A stretch of DNA of 64,000 nucleotides, from IMG/VR virus record IMGVR_UViG_3300037467_000583, positions 25,342 through 89,341 of that record; one strand, given 5' to 3'. Positions 60,429 to 64,000 of the stretch are shown here, piece by piece (position 1 is the first letter of the stretch; every line of letters begins with the position of its first letter). Below the pieces are notes generated by a model. That model was not told the origin of the DNA. It made no database searches and saw nothing but the letters and a program-made list of their open reading frames with translations. Origin of the DNA: a virus. Its lineage: Duplodnaviria > Caudoviricetes. Both the position numbers and the translations under genes were made by a program.

Positions 60429-61913
60429 ATGGCCGCTAAAAAGAAGCCACAAGATAATACGGCTGCTCTGGCGGCTGACGATGGTGTTGCAGTGCCCCGT
60501 ATTCAGTTAGGGGAAACAGGCTTTATCGGCCTTCGCACAATTTTTGGGAAAGTTATTGACGATCCGAACAGGGCATTTCATCTTGATAACTTTGTTATCA
60601 CGGTCAAAGAAATGCTCAATGATGCAGTTATTGCATCTGCAATGAACACTTATCGGATGCTGCTGTCCCGTGTCAATTGGACCGTAGTTCCACCTGTAGA
60701 CGCCACAGAAGAAGAAAAAGAGCGTGCTAAATTTGTTCAGTCGTGCATGGACGACATGGAAGGCTCGTGGGCAGAGTTCATGTCCGATGTAGTTACATAT
60801 CTTCCCTACGGATTCTCTGTACAGGAGAAGGTCTACCGCCGCCGCCTCTATAAGAACGGTAGCAAATTTAACGACGGTAAAGTTGGAATCCGCAAGCTCA
60901 CTCCGCGCTCACAAGACACTATTGCACGTTGGACGTTCTCTGAAGATGGTCGTGATCTGCTGGGTTGTGAACAATCCATCTATAAGCTTGAACACGCAGC
61001 AATGTTCATGGATCAAGCCAATGAGCACGGTCTTATTCCTATTAAGCGAGATAAATTCTTGCTTTTCCGTGCAGACCCTACTAAGGGTGATCCTACAGGC
61101 AACTCTATTCTTAAAGGTGTGTACAAAGCTTACAAACAGCTTGACATGCTCCGTTCACAGGAGCTTCTTGGCATTGCTAAAGAATCTGCTGGACTTCCAT
61201 TGATTAAACTTCCACCTGAGTACATGGCTGCTGATGCACCCGATGATATGAAGGCAGTATATCAAGCTTGCCAAAAACTGCTTGACACCATGCAGGCAGG
61301 TACAAATCGCGGAATCATCTTCCCTAAGCTTGTAGATGAACAAACCAAACAGGATAGATTCTCGATTGAGTTACTGGAGAAGAAGGGTATACCCGGTGCT
61401 AACATCGATCAAGCTATTCGTCGCTACGCAGATGAAGTTTATTCTGCACTTGGAATTGATATTCTTAAGGGTGGTAGCGAAGTTGGCTCTTTTAGCCTTG
61501 CTGATTCGGATACAAATGTTGTGTCTCTTGCGATGGGGCACCGGCTCAATGAGATTGCTGATGTCTTGAACAATGATCTAGTTCCGCAACTCTACAAACT
61601 CAATTCGTGGAAAATAGAACGGTTGCCTAAATTCATCCCCGGAGATATTTCCGAGATGAGCGCTGATGAATTAGGAAAACTTATGCAGAGAACTGGATCG
61701 ATCGGTCTTATTCCTAAGAATGTAGACGTTGTTAACAGGCTTCTCCGCGCAATCGGCGTTAGTACACTTCCACCTGACACTGATTTAGAGTCTGTGGAGT
61801 TTACAATGGAATCCAGTAATTCTGGAGAGGGGATGCAAACTCCTTACGACGGAACAGCAACAAAACCCACTAAAAAAGATTCAAGTTCGCAAAATTCGGA
61901 GAATTCAGCTTGA
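60429..61913 (+). CDS. Portal protein
   Basis: Follows terL; size and helical character; GFSVQEKVY...KLTPRSQ; GNSILKGVY. Confidence 0.88.
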   Translation: MAAKKKPQDNTAALAADDGVAVPRIQLGETGFIGLRTIFGKVIDDPNRAFHLDNFVITVKEMLNDAVIASAMNTYRMLLSRVNWTVVPPVDATEEEKERAKFVQSCMDDMEGSWAEFMSDVVTYLPYGFSVQEKVYRRRLYKNGSKFNDGKVGIRKLTPRSQDTIARWTFSEDGRDLLGCEQSIYKLEHAAMFMDQANEHGLIPIKRDKFLLFRADPTKGDPTGNSILKGVYKAYKQLDMLRSQELLGIAKESAGLPLIKLPPEYMAADAPDDMKAVYQACQKLLDTMQAGTNRGIIFPKLVDEQTKQDRFSIELLEKKGIPGANIDQAIRRYADEVYSALGIDILKGGSEVGSFSLADSDTNVVSLAMGHRLNEIADVLNNDLVPQLYKLNSWKIERLPKFIPGDISEMSADELGKLMQRTGSIGLIPKNVDVVNRLLRAIGVSTLPPDTDLESVEFTMESSNSGEGMQTPYDGTATKPTKKDSSSQNSENSA

Positions 61914-62656
61914 TTGAAGACCACGTAGTATATTGGATTAGACATAAAAATCATACCGATATTAAGTCTGAAGGTTACGTTGGTGTTACAAACAACTTTG
62001 ACCGAAGAATGACTGTGCACGACTACAGTGTAAGGAGTGGTTCTGAGTATTTGGTGCACCGGGCTATGCGGAAATACGGTGACGATATCCTCAGAACAGT
62101 CATAGCGAAAGGTGATGAGGAGTTTTGCTATTTCGTAGAGTCTGAATTGCGACCCGTCGCTGAGGTCGCATGGAACTTGGCTCCCGGAGGGTTGATACCT
62201 CCCCTCTCCGGGAGGGGTCATTCTGAAGCTTCTAAGCTAAAAATGTCTAAGGCCCACAAGGGTAAACAAATATCTGAAGAAACCCGTAAGAGGATGTCCG
62301 CTGCGTCGAAGGGGCGACCCTTATCTGAAGAGTCACGAAACAAGATTCGACAAAAGGCCACGGGGCGAGTAAAGAGTGAAGAATCTAAGAGGAAGTTTGC
62401 ACTCGCCATGACAGGGAGAAATCTTTGGGAAAACAGCGCCGCTAGAAAAGATTTGTGGGCAGTTGCAGACCTTTTTTATGAGAAACATTTGGAGCATCCT
62501 AAAGCAGCGGCAAGGAGTCTTGCGGAAATGCTTGGTTTCTTAAACTGCAACCCTTGGAAAATGAAAGATAAGTTCAAATCTGGTTGGATTCCAAAAGAAG
62601 ACCCTGCGTGGCTCCAGTTTAAGGAGCAATACTTGACGGAGCAAATGCATGAATAA
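61910..62656 (+). CDS. Free-standing GIY-YIG homing endonuclease with NUMOD3 repeats
   Basis: VVYWI...YVGVTNNFDRR...H; repeats G+xHSExS+xKMS x4. Confidence 0.88.
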   Translation: MIEDHVVYWIRHKNHTDIKSEGYVGVTNNFDRRMTVHDYSVRSGSEYLVHRAMRKYGDDILRTVIAKGDEEFCYFVESELRPVAEVAWNLAPGGLIPPLSGRGHSEASKLKMSKAHKGKQISEETRKRMSAASKGRPLSEESRNKIRQKATGRVKSEESKRKFALAMTGRNLWENSAARKDLWAVADLFYEKHLEHPKAAARSLAEMLGFLNCNPWKMKDKFKSGWIPKEDPAWLQFKEQYLTEQMHE

Positions 62657-63473
62657 ACACAAACTTTTGCGGCTTACCGCTTCCCTGCGAAACCGCCCCC
62701 ATCTAATTTCTAAAACAGCCTTTCAAGAAGTTGAGGCTTATTTTGACGCTCGCAACGCCGGTATGATCGATATCGAAGGCAGTAAGAGCACAGAAAATAA
62801 AAAAGATGTGCCTGTTGCTGGCGATATTGGAGTGATTACTATTCGTGGACCTCTTACATACCGTTCCACAGGTTGGGAGGGTATGTGCGGAGGTTTTTCC
62901 TACGAAATGCTTCTGGATCAAGCTGAGGAACTTATTGCAGCTAAAGCGAAAACTCTTGTTCTTGACATTGATTCAGGTGGTGGCGAGGCTTACGGCTGTT
63001 TTGAATCAGTTGACGAACTTCGCAAAATGTGTGATGCCGCTGGTGTTCGCCTCGTTAGCTACGTTGACGGTTCAGCATGTTCTGCTGCTTATGCTATTGC
63101 GTGTTCTTGCGACGAAGTGATTGCCAACCCTTACGCTGACGTGGGCTCTATCGGAGTCTTGATTTGCCTTTACAACGATAGTAAGAAGCTTGAACAAGCT
63201 GGCATTCAACGTACATTCGTTACAGATGGCAGCGACAAAGTTCCTTTCGCAGACGATGGTTCGTGGCGAGATGGCTTCCTTGAAGACATGCAGAAGCGTG
63301 TTGCCGAGCTTGGTGATGCATTCCGTGCTCACGTCTCTAATTACACGGGCTTGTCCACAAAAGACCTCAAGGACACACAAGCACGAGTGTACTCCGCTCA
63401 AGACGCTCTGTCAATTGGTTTGGTCAACAAAATTATGACTCGTTCCGAGTTCGTAGATTACGTGCTCAGTTAA
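62649..63473 (+). CDS. Prohead protease, peptidase S49 (SppA-like)
   Basis: LDIDSGGGE, ACSAAYAIA, VGSIGV. Confidence 0.92.
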   Translation: MNKHKLLRLTASLRNRPHLISKTAFQEVEAYFDARNAGMIDIEGSKSTENKKDVPVAGDIGVITIRGPLTYRSTGWEGMCGGFSYEMLLDQAEELIAAKAKTLVLDIDSGGGEAYGCFESVDELRKMCDAAGVRLVSYVDGSACSAAYAIACSCDEVIANPYADVGSIGVLICLYNDSKKLEQAGIQRTFVTDGSDKVPFADDGSWRDGFLEDMQKRVAELGDAFRAHVSNYTGLSTKDLKDTQARVYSAQDALSIGLVNKIMTRSEFVDYVLS

Positions 63474-63482
63474 AGGATAACT

Positions 63483-64000
63483 ATGCTGGATTTTCTCAAA
63501 AAGAAGTTGGGCGCAACGCCTGTAACCCCGGAGGCTTCGGAAGAAGTCGTAACTACAGGCGATTTGCCTGAACAAGAAAAGGAAGAAACGATGAGTGTAG
63601 AAGATAAAGCTCAAACTATCGAGCTTGCTGCGCACGAAGCCGTTCTGGCTCAACTGTCTGCCCTGACTGCCGAAATGGAATCGGTTAAGGCTGCTGCTGA
63701 AGCTATGAAAGCTGAGTACGAAGAAAAGCTGTCGGCTTATGCCGCTGCCGAAGAACAAGCTAAAGCTGATGCGCTGGCTGCAAAACTGGAAGCCCGCCGT
63801 AAAGAAGTTGAAGCTCAAATGGGCACTGAAAAAGCTGCTGATTTTATGGCTGCAACTGAAGGTATGGACGACGCAAAGGTCGAATCGTTCCTGCAAATTT
63901 TCGCTACTAATGCTGCTGCCGAGGCAAAAAGCGAGATGTTCAATGAAGTCGGCGTTGAGACTAAGGCAGACGCTAAAGAGGAGCCTAAAGTTACTCATTT
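63483..64000 (+). CDS. Probable capsid scaffolding protein (partial)
   Basis: Hand translation MLDFLKKKLG...; Ala/Glu/Lys-rich coiled coil after the protease; no stop before the window end. Confidence 0.7.
   Translation, partial: MLDFLKKKLGATPVTPEASEEVVTTGDLPEQEKEETMSVEDKAQTIELAAHEAVLAQLSALTAEMESVKAAAEAMKAEYEEKLSAYAAAEEQAKADALAAKLEARRKEVEAQMGTEKAADFMAATEGMDDAKVESFLQIFATNAAAEAKSEMFNEVGVETKADAKEEPKVTH

Noticed and set aside
61910-62656. GIY-YIG/NUMOD3 gene as a fifth cassette copy or an intron ORF
   Set aside because: Different architecture (N-terminal GIY-YIG, no Zn modules), no partner ORF or promoter, and the flanking portal and protease genes are intact.
1-64000. CRISPR array
   Set aside because: No run of regularly spaced identical repeats with unique spacers was seen.

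Overview
A 64-kb slice of a dsDNA tailed-phage genome whose layout resembles virulent myoviruses with T7-like replication enzymes. No CRISPR array or rRNA is present. Four blocks: (1) 1-29.4 kb, minus strand, nucleotide metabolism and replication (nrdB partial, nrdA, MazG-like, exonucleases, HNH nucleases, probable SSB, family A DNA polymerase, primase-helicase, thyX, cell-wall hydrolase, ATP-dependent ligase); (2) 29.6-48.6 kb, plus strand, small early-type ORFs behind many sigma70 promoters; (3) 48.6-55.1 kb, a non-coding junction, a serine resolvase and minus-strand accessory genes (HD hydrolase, ClpP-like, PhoH); (4) 55.2-64 kb, probable small terminase, 4 tRNAs, a beta-helix depolymerase-like protein, large terminase, portal, GIY-YIG endonuclease, S49 prohead protease and a partial scaffold. 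Most notable: a two-gene cassette (perfect TTGACA-N17-TATAAT promoter, ~63-aa partner protein, Zn-finger/GIY-YIG-like nuclease) present four times; four tandem paralogues ending W-x-x-S-S-x-x-C directly upstream of a nucleotidyltransferase-like gene; a plasmid-like operator/RHH/Rep cassette; a cluster of four DnaA boxes next to a resolvase with repeats; and several non-tRNA structured RNA candidates, one resembling a circularly permuted tRNA. All assignments come from reading motifs by eye; no database search was run.
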